Shown: positions 11,890 through 21,652 of the stretch, in pieces
How positions within the stretch are numbered: the first letter of the stretch is position 1
How the letters are laid out: every line of letters begins with the position of its first letter
IMG/VR virus record: IMGVR_UViG_3300028888_000059
Span: 1 to 64,000 of that record
Source of the DNA: a virus
Taxonomy: Duplodnaviria; Caudoviricetes
Reading direction: 5' to 3' (one strand)
DNA length: 64,000 bases
Program-made: the position numbers and the translations under genes
Notes under the pieces: model-generated
Database searches by the model: none
What the model was told of the DNA's origin: nothing
The model's input: the letters and a program-made list of their open reading frames with translations, nothing else

Positions 11890-13606
11890 ATATTATTTAA
11901 ATAATATATCGGCAATTTTTTATTTTTTTGCCGATATATTATTATAGGAGACGTTTTTAATGATTATTCTTCAAAATCTTCCAAATATTTTACAATAATT
12001 TCATCCCATGTGTCATTAAATGCCACATTGCAATTTTCATTTTCTTCAAATTCATTTACCAAATAATCATAATCATATTTATCCAACATTTCACTTGTAA
12101 TATCAGAAGGGTCACAATCATTTTTTTCTGCAAGATAATCTGTAATAAAATATCTTGCATCCTCTTTCAATAATTCTCGTTTTACTTTCAGATAGATCTT
12201 ATATTCAGATTCAGTCATCATTTCCTCCTTGTTGATTTATATAATTATTTTACATTATAATTTGTTTTATGTACAGATGACAAATGTCATATTCTTTGTT
12301 CTTTAATTTCTTGTGGTGTTACCCATAATAAATCAATAATATTTTTAGCCAAAGAATTGACATCATAATCAGCACTCGTCCAACGATTATGATAGCCATG
12401 AAAATCTTTATTATCATTAGCATATCTATACATAACTCCAGAATCAGGAAAACAAGTTCTTTCAGTGTTTACATATACACATGAACCATTCTGTGTATTT
12501 GTTACAAACCCTGAACACCCACGTTTTTCACCATTGACAATAATATTATTGATATCAAATTTCAAATCATAGCCAAACTTTTCATTTGCTTTTTTCAAAG
12601 CATTTTTCAATTTTACTGCCAAAATCAATTCATCATAATTGCCAAAACGTGTGTATTTCATTTTCATCTCCTTTATTGTTTATTTATATACTTATTTTAC
12701 ATTATAATTTATTTTATGTCAACATGACAAAAGCAATATTCCCAATCTTGAATTTCTTGATATAAATCTTTCATATATTCTAAAATTTTTTGTTTACATT
12801 TCATTTTGTCTTTTCCATAAGTATAAATAATATTTAAAACTTCTGTATTTTCATAAATAAAAAGGTTATAATTAAAATTATCTGAATCAATTGTAGAAAA
12901 AAGATTCTTTAAATCTTTTTTCAAATCATCATATTCTTCTTTCAACACTTCAACATATCTCTTTACAGAAATACATTCACTTTTAGAAGTTCGATATTCG
13001 CAAAAATATAAGCAAAGGTTAACAAATTGACCATCGTTATTATATTCTTTAAAAAATTTACAATTTGCACACTTTTTCATATTATCACCTCATTTAAAAA
13101 ATAGAATATCCTAAAATTTTTTCTGCTTCATCCATATATTTTAATCTGCTATGTATATCAATATTCCAAAAATCAGGACATATTTCTTCACATTTTTTAT
13201 AAAATTCATCTTTCATTTGTTCATATTTTCGCATATTTGCACGTGTTAAATCTTCACGATAATGATAAACCCATTTTGGATACCACATTTTTCACCTCAA
13301 ATATATAACAAAATCGCAATTTTGCCATCATTAAATCCAAAACTCAAAACTTGCCTATCTGCATATTCACCATAATTTTCTTTAAGAACATCTTTTTTTG
13401 AAATAGTTTCTGAATGATGAACTCCATCAAAAAACATTACTTCGCTATATTCAGTATTTACATAAATTCTATCAAGTAATTCTTTTACTGTGAATGATTT
13501 TTTGCTTTCCATGATTATACCTCTCTGTTTTTTATTATGTGTTTATTTTATAATATAAATCATGTTTAATCAATATGACATTTATCACATTTATATGTTC
13601 ATATTC

Positions 13607-13837
13607 TCAATTATAAAATTCTTCTATTATATCATTTAATTCCGATTTTTTTAATAATAAATATTTTGCTTCTTTTTTTGTGAGCATTGTATATGCGTTA
13701 AATGTAAAAATATCTTCTGTTGCAAATACTGCATACTCATTACCTTTTTTACCAATACATAATGATTTTTCAACATCTTCATATTCCATTATAATTTGAT
13801 AACCATTCAAATAATTACCAACATTAAAATATCCCAT
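13607..13837 (-). CDS. Hypothetical protein (paralog of 3959..4387)
   Basis: Direct sequence similarity between the two translations. Confidence 0.75.
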   Translation of the reverse strand: MGYFNVGNYLNGYQIIMEYEDVEKSLCIGKKGNEYAVFATEDIFTFNAYTMLTKKEAKYLLLKKSELNDIIEEFYN

Positions 13838-14189
13838 ATTATATTCCTTCTTATCACCTTATTTTTTATCTATAATAAACATAATATCAGCTTTATAATC
13901 ATTCAAATACCAATCTTTGTATTTCATAACTTCTTTCGCTTCTTCTTCTGATAGATTGGAGGCATATTTTTTATTATTCACAAAATCAAAACAGCCATCC
14001 CCAATTTTACGAAAATATGCCTTCGTATCATCAAGTCCATATAAACCTATCATTTTGATTATCATAATTTTTTCTCCTTTATTTTTTATTTATATTCTTA
14101 TTTTACGCTATTTTTTCTTAAAAATCAATATGATGAATATCACTATTTTTAAATATCAATTGTCACTTTTTCTTTTTATTGACAAAAAA

Positions 14190-14232
14190 TTATACTCAGG
14201 CATCTCAGATATATCATAATATCTGAGTATAA
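14190..14232. repeat. Inverted-repeat element, copy 5 (23-nt spacer)
   Basis: ttatactcag 14190-14199; ctgagtataa 14223-14232; preceded by ttgtcacttttt...attgacaa as in copy 2. Confidence 0.9.
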
Positions 14233-14242
14233 ATAATAATGC

Positions 14243-14272
14243 AAAAAAATAAGGTCACAAATTGTGACCTTA
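14243..14272 (-). terminator. Intrinsic terminator
   Basis: taaggtcaca-aat-tgtgacctta hairpin plus A-run. Confidence 0.8.
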
Positions 14273-14277
14273 ACGTT

Positions 14278-14760
14278 TTATTCTTCATCATATTCAATAA
14301 ACACAATCTTCAAAGCGATAACCTCATTATCATTGTTCCTACTTTCATATACATAATAACCACCATCTCCCCATCCTGATAATGAGAAAAATCCATTATC
14401 AAAATTTACCCACCATTTTCCTTCTTTTAATCTATCACAAAAACTTCGCCATTCTTCATCTGAATATTCAATTTTATGATTGAAAAATCCAGCAATCCCA
14501 GAATCAACTCCAATTGCATCCACTTTCTTCCAATTTATATTTTTTGTACCACCATATCCTCTTTTAATAATAGCAATTTCAGCAATACGATTTTCTTCAT
14601 ATTCTTCTGGTTTACCATATTTAATATAGCAACCATATTTTCCGGGTTTTATTTTATAATCAATAATATTGCCGCACCCGTTTCTTGAATAGCAAGGGTC
14701 TGAAATATCAACCATATCACGAAATTCCATCATTCCAACATAATTCAAAATATCAAACAT
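14278..14760 (-). CDS. DUF4241-like protein
   Basis: ISDPCY...IGVDSGIAGFF...SGWGDGGYYVY...IVF motifs. Confidence 0.6.
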   Translation of the reverse strand: MFDILNYVGMMEFRDMVDISDPCYSRNGCGNIIDYKIKPGKYGCYIKYGKPEEYEENRIAEIAIIKRGYGGTKNINWKKVDAIGVDSGIAGFFNHKIEYSDEEWRSFCDRLKEGKWWVNFDNGFFSLSGWGDGGYYVYESRNNDNEVIALKIVFIEYDEE

Positions 14761-15711
14761 TTTATACCTCCGTTTTGCTTATTTATATTATTATTTTACA
14801 TCATAAAACATTTTTAATCAATATGATAAATGTCATATTAATCTTCTTTATTTAAAAATTCTCGAATAATTTTTTTTGATTTTCGATAAAAATCTTCCGA
14901 TTCTTCAACATCGTAATATCTTATCAAGTTATTATTAATATTAAGATATTCATTTTCATATTCTTCTGTATATGAAGTCAAAGCAATGTCTCCAAAAATT
15001 TCACCATCAATTATTCTCAAATTTGATAATTTAAAAATAACAATAGCATTTTGTTTTTTATAAAAATCAAGATATGGACTTTTTTCAGACCCCATTTGAG
15101 TGCCTAATTTTCTGATACCCCAGAACACTTCAGAAAAACCTCTCAAAATAATTGCGTATAATTGTTTTATATCATAGGCAACATCAGTTTTATATATTTC
15201 TGTACATGAATCAACCAATTCAATCAAAAGCGGACAAATTTCACAATTTTTCAGTGCTGGTAATGTTTTCATTTTAACCTCCCGTGCTCCAACATCCAAA
15301 TATTCATTTCATTATTTGATTCGACAATTCTAAATAACATTATTATAATAAATAATAACATTATTATATCAATAAGAAATAACAATTTTATTTTTATTTC
15401 CCATTTTTCTTTTTCACTCATTGTTCCTCATCCCATGTTCAAATTGCCATTTATACCATTCATCATCCAAACCCAATTTAACTAAAGTTAAATATACTCC
15501 TACAAATTTCGACAAATATCTTTCATATAATACTTTATCCATGTTTTCATATATTTCATATAAATTTTTCGTAGTTTTTAGATTTGAAAATATGTCCTCT
15601 AATTGGCTTTCTTTTATTTGAATTATTTTCATTTTTTTCACCTCCTTTATTTATAAATCTATTTTACATCACAATATTGTTGAAGTCAATATGACAAATG
15701 TCATGTTTAAA

Positions 15712-15743
15712 TAAAAAAGTGAGATTCCATTTTGGAATCTCAC
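15712..15743 (-). terminator. Intrinsic terminator (the one in this region without the CTGAGTAT element)
   Basis: agtgagattcca-ttt-tggaatctcact hairpin plus A-run. Confidence 0.8.
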
Positions 15744-16166
15744 TAATTATTATTTATTATTTTTTAAATTATCATATTCATTAAGAATATTTTTTGCTGT
15801 TACGTGCATTAGACGAGCGTTAGTCAATGCCAATCGTACATCATAATTATCATTCTGCAATGGTTCAAGAACTTCATTAATCTTATCCATTGAATTATCA
15901 AGAGTTTCATAACAGTTTTTAACATTAATATTCATATAATAATTTATCTCCTTTTATATCTTTTTTTATTTTTAATTTTTTAATATGGCATTACATTATA
16001 ACTATTTGGTTTATTTCTATATTTTTTATTATAATCATTTACATCTGGATTCTTTTCAAAATCATCTCTTTTGTCAAGCCATTTAAAAAAATCATCCCAC
16101 TCTTCTAAAAGCCACGCTTTTAATGCCATGCTATTAATTGCTTTCAATTTTTTGTTTTGATATGTG

Positions 16167-16703
16167 TTAAATTTCATATAAAACCTCGTTAATTTCAGGA
16201 ATTTTCATATCTGCTTTTCCATATTTTTTATAAAATTCTATCATTTTTTGATATTGTTTTTCACTACTTACGGGTATAATCCAGTCAGAAAATGATATTT
16301 TCCTAAAAATATTTTCTAATTTTTGATAATCAATTTCTCCTTGTTTTTTTGCAAGCCATTCAGCATTCTTTTCTACAAAAATATAATTATATTCTTCTTC
16401 TTCAATACTGCTATATTTATACGGGTTATTTGCAGAAACAAGACTAATTATTTTTTCCTCACCTCTATCGCGATAATAAAAGGTACATCCATAATAAAGT
16501 TCACTAAATTTATGTTTCTTTCCAATTTCACTCCCAAGAGATGAAAGGCTTCCGTGGTCAATCAAATTATTTACTTTACGTGGTGAGTTATAAAAATTAT
16601 ATAAAATAACTCCATTATGTTCATAATATCCATCCCAATGACAATAAATTGTTCTAATGAGACCGTCTTTATGATGAATTGAAATCGTACTCCTTGTTCC
16701 CAT
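16167..16703 (-). CDS. Conserved phage hypothetical protein (MGTRS...YCHWDGY type)
   Basis: MGTRSTI...IYCHWDGY..HNGVIL...YYRDRGE...EYNYIF motifs; start follows AAGGAG. Confidence 0.75.
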   Translation of the reverse strand: MGTRSTISIHHKDGLIRTIYCHWDGYYEHNGVILYNFYNSPRKVNNLIDHGSLSSLGSEIGKKHKFSELYYGCTFYYRDRGEEKIISLVSANNPYKYSSIEEEEYNYIFVEKNAEWLAKKQGEIDYQKLENIFRKISFSDWIIPVSSEKQYQKMIEFYKKYGKADMKIPEINEVLYEI

Positions 16704-16986
16704 TATTTTATCTCCTTCCAATTTAAAAGTTTATGAACTTGCAGCGTATGATAAAAATCAGATTCTGCGTCTTCTTTTGATGTAAATGAGGCAACATATC
16801 CCCAATTAAAATTACTGTTATTTGCATAAACAAAATATCTGTCATCATCTTCATATAACTTTATATAATATTTTGTTGTAAAATTTCTACCAACTGCATG
16901 TTTCAATAATTTTTGCATAACATCTCCAAATTATGTTTTTATCATACACTATTATAAACTATAAGTCAATATGACATTCGTCTTAA

Positions 16987-17409
16987 TTATCCCCAACTTG
17001 CATTTTCATATACGGGATTTCCATCTCTTTTAACATATTTTCCAATAATTTTTCGCATTTCTTCAATAACTCTAAACAGTTTTCTTTTTGTTGTATTACC
17101 TTCACAACATTGATAATCAAAACAATCGAGCATTTTCAAATATTTGTCAATTGAATATTCAGGAATATTATGAATCATCCCTTCTGAATAAATGTTTTCT
17201 TCAATTGTGTCCCCATACCTTTCCTTAAGAGCATATGCGTTTAGATAATTCAAATCTTCAAAAATATCATCAACAATATAATCTTGAAAATAATCATATA
17301 AAGATTCACATTCTACAGGAAAATCAGCAATTTTTCCTGTTTTGATGGCATTATCAATACCATCAGCTAACATCGACAAACCTTCTCTTGAAACTAAGAA
17401 TGAACTCAT
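16987..17409 (-). CDS. Conserved hypothetical protein
   Basis: MSSF...LN..AL.ERYG...CFDYQCCE...WG pattern seen in phage/plasmid leading-region proteins. Confidence 0.6.
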   Translation of the reverse strand: MSSFLVSREGLSMLADGIDNAIKTGKIADFPVECESLYDYFQDYIVDDIFEDLNYLNAYALKERYGDTIEENIYSEGMIHNIPEYSIDKYLKMLDCFDYQCCEGNTTKRKLFRVIEEMRKIIGKYVKRDGNPVYENASWG

Positions 17410-17955
17410 TTTTTACCTCCATATTTTTTGTTTATTTATGTTTCTATTTTATCATCTGTTTTTCTATATGTCAATGTGACATTCGTCTTAATTCAATTGT
17501 TTTAGTTATTAATCCTTTTTCTAAATTTTTACATGAAATCAAACCAGACATATTCTCATCTCCCCTAAAAGGACAATAATTTATTCCATCCTTTTCACAA
17601 AAAGAAATCATCCCATTATTATCATAAATAACATCATAATCAAATATCTGTTTTTTATTCATAAATTTACTCCAAAATTATCTTCAATTGATTTTTTTAA
17701 AATATCATATTTTTGCCAAATATGATAAACTTCATCTTGAATTTGTTTTTTTATATCTTCATTAACATCTTCATTACATTCTAATACATCAATCCATTCT
17801 TCAAATTCATTCAATTTCTTTTCAAAATCCCATACTGCTTTTTCTGTATTCCAACTTATTTTTTTCATATTTATTACCTCTTTATAATGATATGTATATT
17901 ATATCACACATCTGTTATTTGTACATATGATTTTTGTCATAATTATAATAAAGAT

Positions 17956-17997
17956 ATATTCTCAGATTATTTCAATAATTACTCATTCTGAGTATAA
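17956..17997. repeat. Inverted-repeat element, copy 6 (22-nt spacer, one mismatch)
   Basis: atattctcag 17956-17965; ctgagtataa 17988-17997; terminator hairpin aatcctgta/tacaggatt at about 18007-18040. Confidence 0.85.
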
Positions 17998-18044
17998 ATA
18001 ATAACCAAAAAAATAAATCCTGTATTGCTACAGGATTATAATTA

Positions 18045-18974
18045 TTAATATGCTTCAACAAGTTCGTATGCTTTTTCAAAAATTGTATTTCCTGAAAGAA
18101 TTTTATCCCAGCGATTTTCTTTCCAGTTTTCAGTTTGCCTAATCGGTGTGCCGTGGTCTACATAATCGGCAACTGCATTCATAATCCCCCATCCTGTTCC
18201 TTTAAAATTTGCCAAATCATCACGATTATAGCAATATTCAAGTTGTTCAATTTGGTCACTATAAACAGTCTTTTTCCTCTCCGTATCATCATCTGTGACA
18301 GGGAATAATTGTTTCCAAAAATCTTCTACCTGTTGATTAGTGAATTTTTTCAAAGCAAGTTTCTGAGCTTCTTTATCTAAACCAACCATATATTTATCAT
18401 AAAGTCGCAAAGTTTCTTCTGCTTCAAGCAAGTTTTCCTCAACTCTTTTTGTATGTTTCACTGACCAATACCTTTTTGTTGTTCTTAAAGCAAGGCTAAT
18501 AGTGTTATTACAAACACACCGAACGTTTGTCGTAAAAACTTTCAATGCTTCTGAACCATCAAAAGAGTTCAAAAAGACAAGAAAATTATCAACTTTATCA
18601 CCAAGGATTTTTGCTTCTGGCATTCGTGCCATCATCCATACACGAGAACCACCATTCAATGAACCAGCAGTTTCATATCTTACATCACCTGTATTGATGA
18701 TAGCGTCTGTAAATGCAAATGCTTCACGGTTTTGAACAATGGTATAGCGACCACGAACAACACCAAGATGTTTTCCATCAGAACTTCTTTTATTTACACG
18801 AAGACCTTCAACAGGTTTTCCTTGTTCATCATAAATTTTTTCTGAAAAAACATCCCAATCCAATCCACTCAATTTGAGAGCGTCTTCACTTGTAGGAGCC
18901 TCGTCAATAACAATACCAAGTCCATGCCAAGGAACTTCACGAACAGAAAACATATTTTCAACATTAGCACTCAT
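18045..18974 (-). CDS. DUF932 / phage-plasmid conserved protein
   Basis: MSANVENMFSVREVPWHGLG...YETAGSL.GG.RVW...RCVCNNT...GTGWG..NAVADY.DH signature. Confidence 0.85.
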   Translation of the reverse strand: MSANVENMFSVREVPWHGLGIVIDEAPTSEDALKLSGLDWDVFSEKIYDEQGKPVEGLRVNKRSSDGKHLGVVRGRYTIVQNREAFAFTDAIINTGDVRYETAGSLNGGSRVWMMARMPEAKILGDKVDNFLVFLNSFDGSEALKVFTTNVRCVCNNTISLALRTTKRYWSVKHTKRVEENLLEAEETLRLYDKYMVGLDKEAQKLALKKFTNQQVEDFWKQLFPVTDDDTERKKTVYSDQIEQLEYCYNRDDLANFKGTGWGIMNAVADYVDHGTPIRQTENWKENRWDKILSGNTIFEKAYELVEAY

Positions 18975-19029
18975 AATTTCACCTCTTATTTTTTTGTTTA
19001 TTTATATTTCTATTATATATCAGAAATTA

Positions 19030-19815
19030 CTATTTTTCAATATGACATTTATCACTATTTGTAATTATTGTTGTAATAAATTTTCTATAATCATCACCGT
19101 AAAACAAATGTCCATCAACAAAAAGTTGTTTTCTTGTTGTCATTACTTTTTCTTTTGTAATCGGATTATATCCTTCTTTTTCAATTTTTTCCCGATAAAT
19201 ACCGACACCACGTTTTTGCCAATCAGGAAGATTATTGAAATTAATTCCACGCTGAAAAAGAAGCTCATTCTTAAAAGAAATTCCCTTACCTTTTAATTCA
19301 GAAGTTGCTTTTCCAACAGAATATCCTTCTTTTCGTAAAGTCCAATAACACCAAGAATTTAATGCATTTCGTGTTGCGTCTTCCTGTCTCCAAACAAAAT
19401 AATCACCAACCCTATCAATGTTCGGAAGTGGAATAACACGGCAATCCATTGTTGCTTTCAATCCAAGTTTGAGAGACACAGAAGCAGAAGCTTCACCTGA
19501 AAGAGTTGTATTGATTTTTCTCACCTTGCGACCAAACGTGTTTTCATCAGGTGCAAATAAAAGAGATATTTCATCACTTTGTGTATATCCATAAAGAATT
19601 CTAAATCCAGAATCCTTCATTAATTCCTTTGTAGTGTTAATCATTAAGCTACAAAAATTAATATCGAATGGAGCTTCATATTTCATTGTTTCTTTTGTGA
19701 GCTTTGTAAATGACCGTCCATCAAGACGAGCAACAATATAAATATCAGGAAGAATCTTTTGGTCGATAGATTCCTCATAAATTCTCATTTTTTTATCAAA
19801 ATCATCAAATCTCAT
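19030..19815 (-). CDS. Thg1-like protein (tRNA-His guanylyltransferase family, 3'-5' polymerase)
   Basis: RLDGRSF, YTQSDEISL, DCR, YFVWRQEDATRN, KNELLF.RGINFN.LP.WQKRG motifs. Confidence 0.92.
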   Translation of the reverse strand: MRFDDFDKKMRIYEESIDQKILPDIYIVARLDGRSFTKLTKETMKYEAPFDINFCSLMINTTKELMKDSGFRILYGYTQSDEISLLFAPDENTFGRKVRKINTTLSGEASASVSLKLGLKATMDCRVIPLPNIDRVGDYFVWRQEDATRNALNSWCYWTLRKEGYSVGKATSELKGKGISFKNELLFQRGINFNNLPDWQKRGVGIYREKIEKEGYNPITKEKVMTTRKQLFVDGHLFYGDDYRKFITTIITNSDKCHIEK

Positions 19816-19827
19816 AATACTTCCTTA

Positions 19828-20127
19828 TCATTTATGATTCATTTTTACTGTCTGTTCAAGTTCCAAAACCAACATATGTTTACATTTTCCCATATATTTA
19901 TCACCGTTTTGATTTTTGCGATTTTTACTGTAATAATATTTCATATCATCGCAATCACAATGGCATGGAGTTGTATGGTATTCGTGTAATTTATCATTAG
20001 CACGTTCTGGTGTCTGGCATAATCCAAAAGCTCTATCAACTCGTTTTGTATCTCCACCAGTTCTGCGAACAAATGCCTTAAGACGGTTATAATTGCTCAT
20101 CAATTCACTTAATTCAGATTTTTTCAT
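19828..20127 (-). CDS. SWIM-type zinc-finger protein
   Basis: CxC-D...CKH (CDCDD...CKHML) arrangement. Confidence 0.6.
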   Translation of the reverse strand: MKKSELSELMSNYNRLKAFVRRTGGDTKRVDRAFGLCQTPERANDKLHEYHTTPCHCDCDDMKYYYSKNRKNQNGDKYMGKCKHMLVLELEQTVKMNHK

Positions 20128-20432
20128 CTCGTTACCTCCGTTTTTTGTTTTTGATTATCTGTATTTTACTACAATATTTTATATAATGCAATATGACTTT
20201 TGTCATATTTTTTATTTTGGCAACGCTCTGGAGTGTTTAAAAGCCTTATTTTATAAAAAATGTATATATTTTTTCTATTTAAAAAGATTAATAAATGCAC
20301 ATATTATGTGTATTTATATTTATACTTAAAAATAAACAACACTTAAAATTTTTTTTACCCTTTTTCATGAAATTTTTATCCCTTTTAAAATATGTTGTGT
20401 GAAAAATAAGAAAAATTATTTATAAAAATACT

Positions 20433-20460
20433 TTACAATTATAAAAAGTCGTGTTATAAT
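20433..20460 (+). promoter_or_regulatory. Sigma-A-type promoter for the plus-strand island
   Basis: TTTACA-17bp-TATAAT with extended TG, then AGGAG RBS. Confidence 0.75.
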
Positions 20461-20492
20461 ATTTTAGAATAAAGGAAATTAGGAGTTTTAAA

Positions 20493-20777
20493 ATGCAAAT
20501 ATCTGTGAAACTTACGATTCCTGATAAGGATAAATGTGTTTTTCCAAACAGAGATTATTGTATTGGTGTTCAAGACTTGTGTTCAAAATGTGGAGTTTTT
20601 GACATGCCTATTGAATTTGGTGTGGATAACTATGACCCCGTCAAATGTAAACCTTGCTTAGAACTTTCAAGAAAAGAAAAACAAAAGCAAAAAGAACAAA
20701 AAGAAAAAGACAGTCAAGAAAATCAAGAACTAACTCCTGAACCTAAAAAACGAGGAAGACCAAAGAAAGGAATATAA
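20493..20777 (+). CDS. Cys-rich protein with C-terminal AT-hook-like motif
   Basis: Six Cys including two CxxC; ends KKRGRPKK. Confidence 0.65.
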   Translation: MQISVKLTIPDKDKCVFPNRDYCIGVQDLCSKCGVFDMPIEFGVDNYDPVKCKPCLELSRKEKQKQKEQKEKDSQENQELTPEPKKRGRPKKGI

Positions 20778-20779
20778 AA

Positions 20780-21478
20780 TTGGCGAAAAAGAAAAAAAGC
20801 ATTTACGATGAAGATGTTACAAAAATTCCTGCATGTATTAATGAGGATGAACCTTTTTATGGGTGGCACTTAGATGAATATCAGCTTGATTATGTAAATG
20901 CCATGTTGAACCCAGAAAAACAGGCCGTTTTCTGCAATGCAAAAGCAGGAACAGGAAAAACCACTCTGGCTGTTGCAACAGCAAATTTGCTTGTGAAGGG
21001 TGGTAGATTCAATAAAGCGATTTATTGTGTAAGTCCAACACAAGAAGAACGTTTGGGTTATTTACCCGGAGATGTTACTGAAAAAACTGAAATTTATTTC
21101 CAACCATTATATCAAGCATTAGAATCAATTGGACAAAATTCTCTATTGGTAAATGACCCTAAAATGGGATTTTGGATTGAAGCTACTACCCACTTGTATA
21201 TGAGAGGGATGAATATTGAAAAATCTGTTCTAATACTTGATGAATGTCAGAATTTCTTTTTAGATGATTGCAAGAAAGTCTTAACAAGAGTTCATGATGA
21301 TTGTCTTGTTATTGTGATTGGACATACAGGTCAAAATGATTTATATAAAAATAAAGACCATTCTGGTTTCGCACCTTATATGGAACATTTTAAAAACGAA
21401 CCTTATGTCCAGATTTGTGAACTAAAAAAGAATTATCGTGGAAGATTTAGTCAAAAAGCTGATGAATTAGAAATTTAA
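20780..21478 (+). CDS. phoH: PhoH-family ATPase
   Basis: AGTGKT, LGYLPG, YMRG, ILDECQN, LTR, GH.GQ.D motifs. Confidence 0.92.
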   Translation: MAKKKKSIYDEDVTKIPACINEDEPFYGWHLDEYQLDYVNAMLNPEKQAVFCNAKAGTGKTTLAVATANLLVKGGRFNKAIYCVSPTQEERLGYLPGDVTEKTEIYFQPLYQALESIGQNSLLVNDPKMGFWIEATTHLYMRGMNIEKSVLILDECQNFFLDDCKKVLTRVHDDCLVIVIGHTGQNDLYKNKDHSGFAPYMEHFKNEPYVQICELKKNYRGRFSQKADELEI

Positions 21479-21652
21479 TAGATTAAATATTTTTTTAAAT
21501 AAAACTCGTCTTTTATTTAAAAAAACGCTTAAAAAAATGCAGAAAATATGTGAATATTTAAGTGCTTAACAATTGGCTTTTAATGTAGAATATGTCAATA
21601 ACATAAAAAAATCTACATTAAAAGCTATTTTTATAATTTTAAGGAAAAGAAT

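Larger units (their letters stand above)
635..20127 (-). other. Early/host-takeover-like region of roughly 55-60 small co-oriented hypothetical ORFs
   Basis: Dense minus-strand ORFs mostly 45-200 aa with GGAG/GGAGG RBS, grouped 1-4 per promoter; architecture resembles the SPO1 host-takeover module and T5 pre-early region. Confidence 0.8.
1085..20206 (-). promoter_or_regulatory. Family of about 30 sigma-A-type promoters, each with a 14-bp palindrome (RTGACA-NN-TRTCAY) directly upstream of the -35
   Basis: Palindrome starts at 1127,2105,2515,3468,4646,4919,5211,6421,6669,6920,7674,8749,9148,9420,9772,10036,10972,11387,11824,12277,12724,13575,14130,14823,15691,16971,17476,17927,19042,20193. On the minus strand each is followed by TTGAC/TTGAT-like -35, about 17 bp, TATAAT/TAAAAT, an A-rich leader and an RBS. 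Confidence 0.88.

Noticed and set aside
5239-17997. CRISPR array interpretation of the repeated elements
   Set aside because: Repeats are inverted and kilobases apart, not direct repeats with contiguous spacers; no cas operon in the window.
635-20127. Stop-codon reassignment as the cause of the short ORFs
   Set aside because: Each small ORF has its own RBS, long genes are intact in code 11, all three stops are used, and no suppressor tRNA was found.
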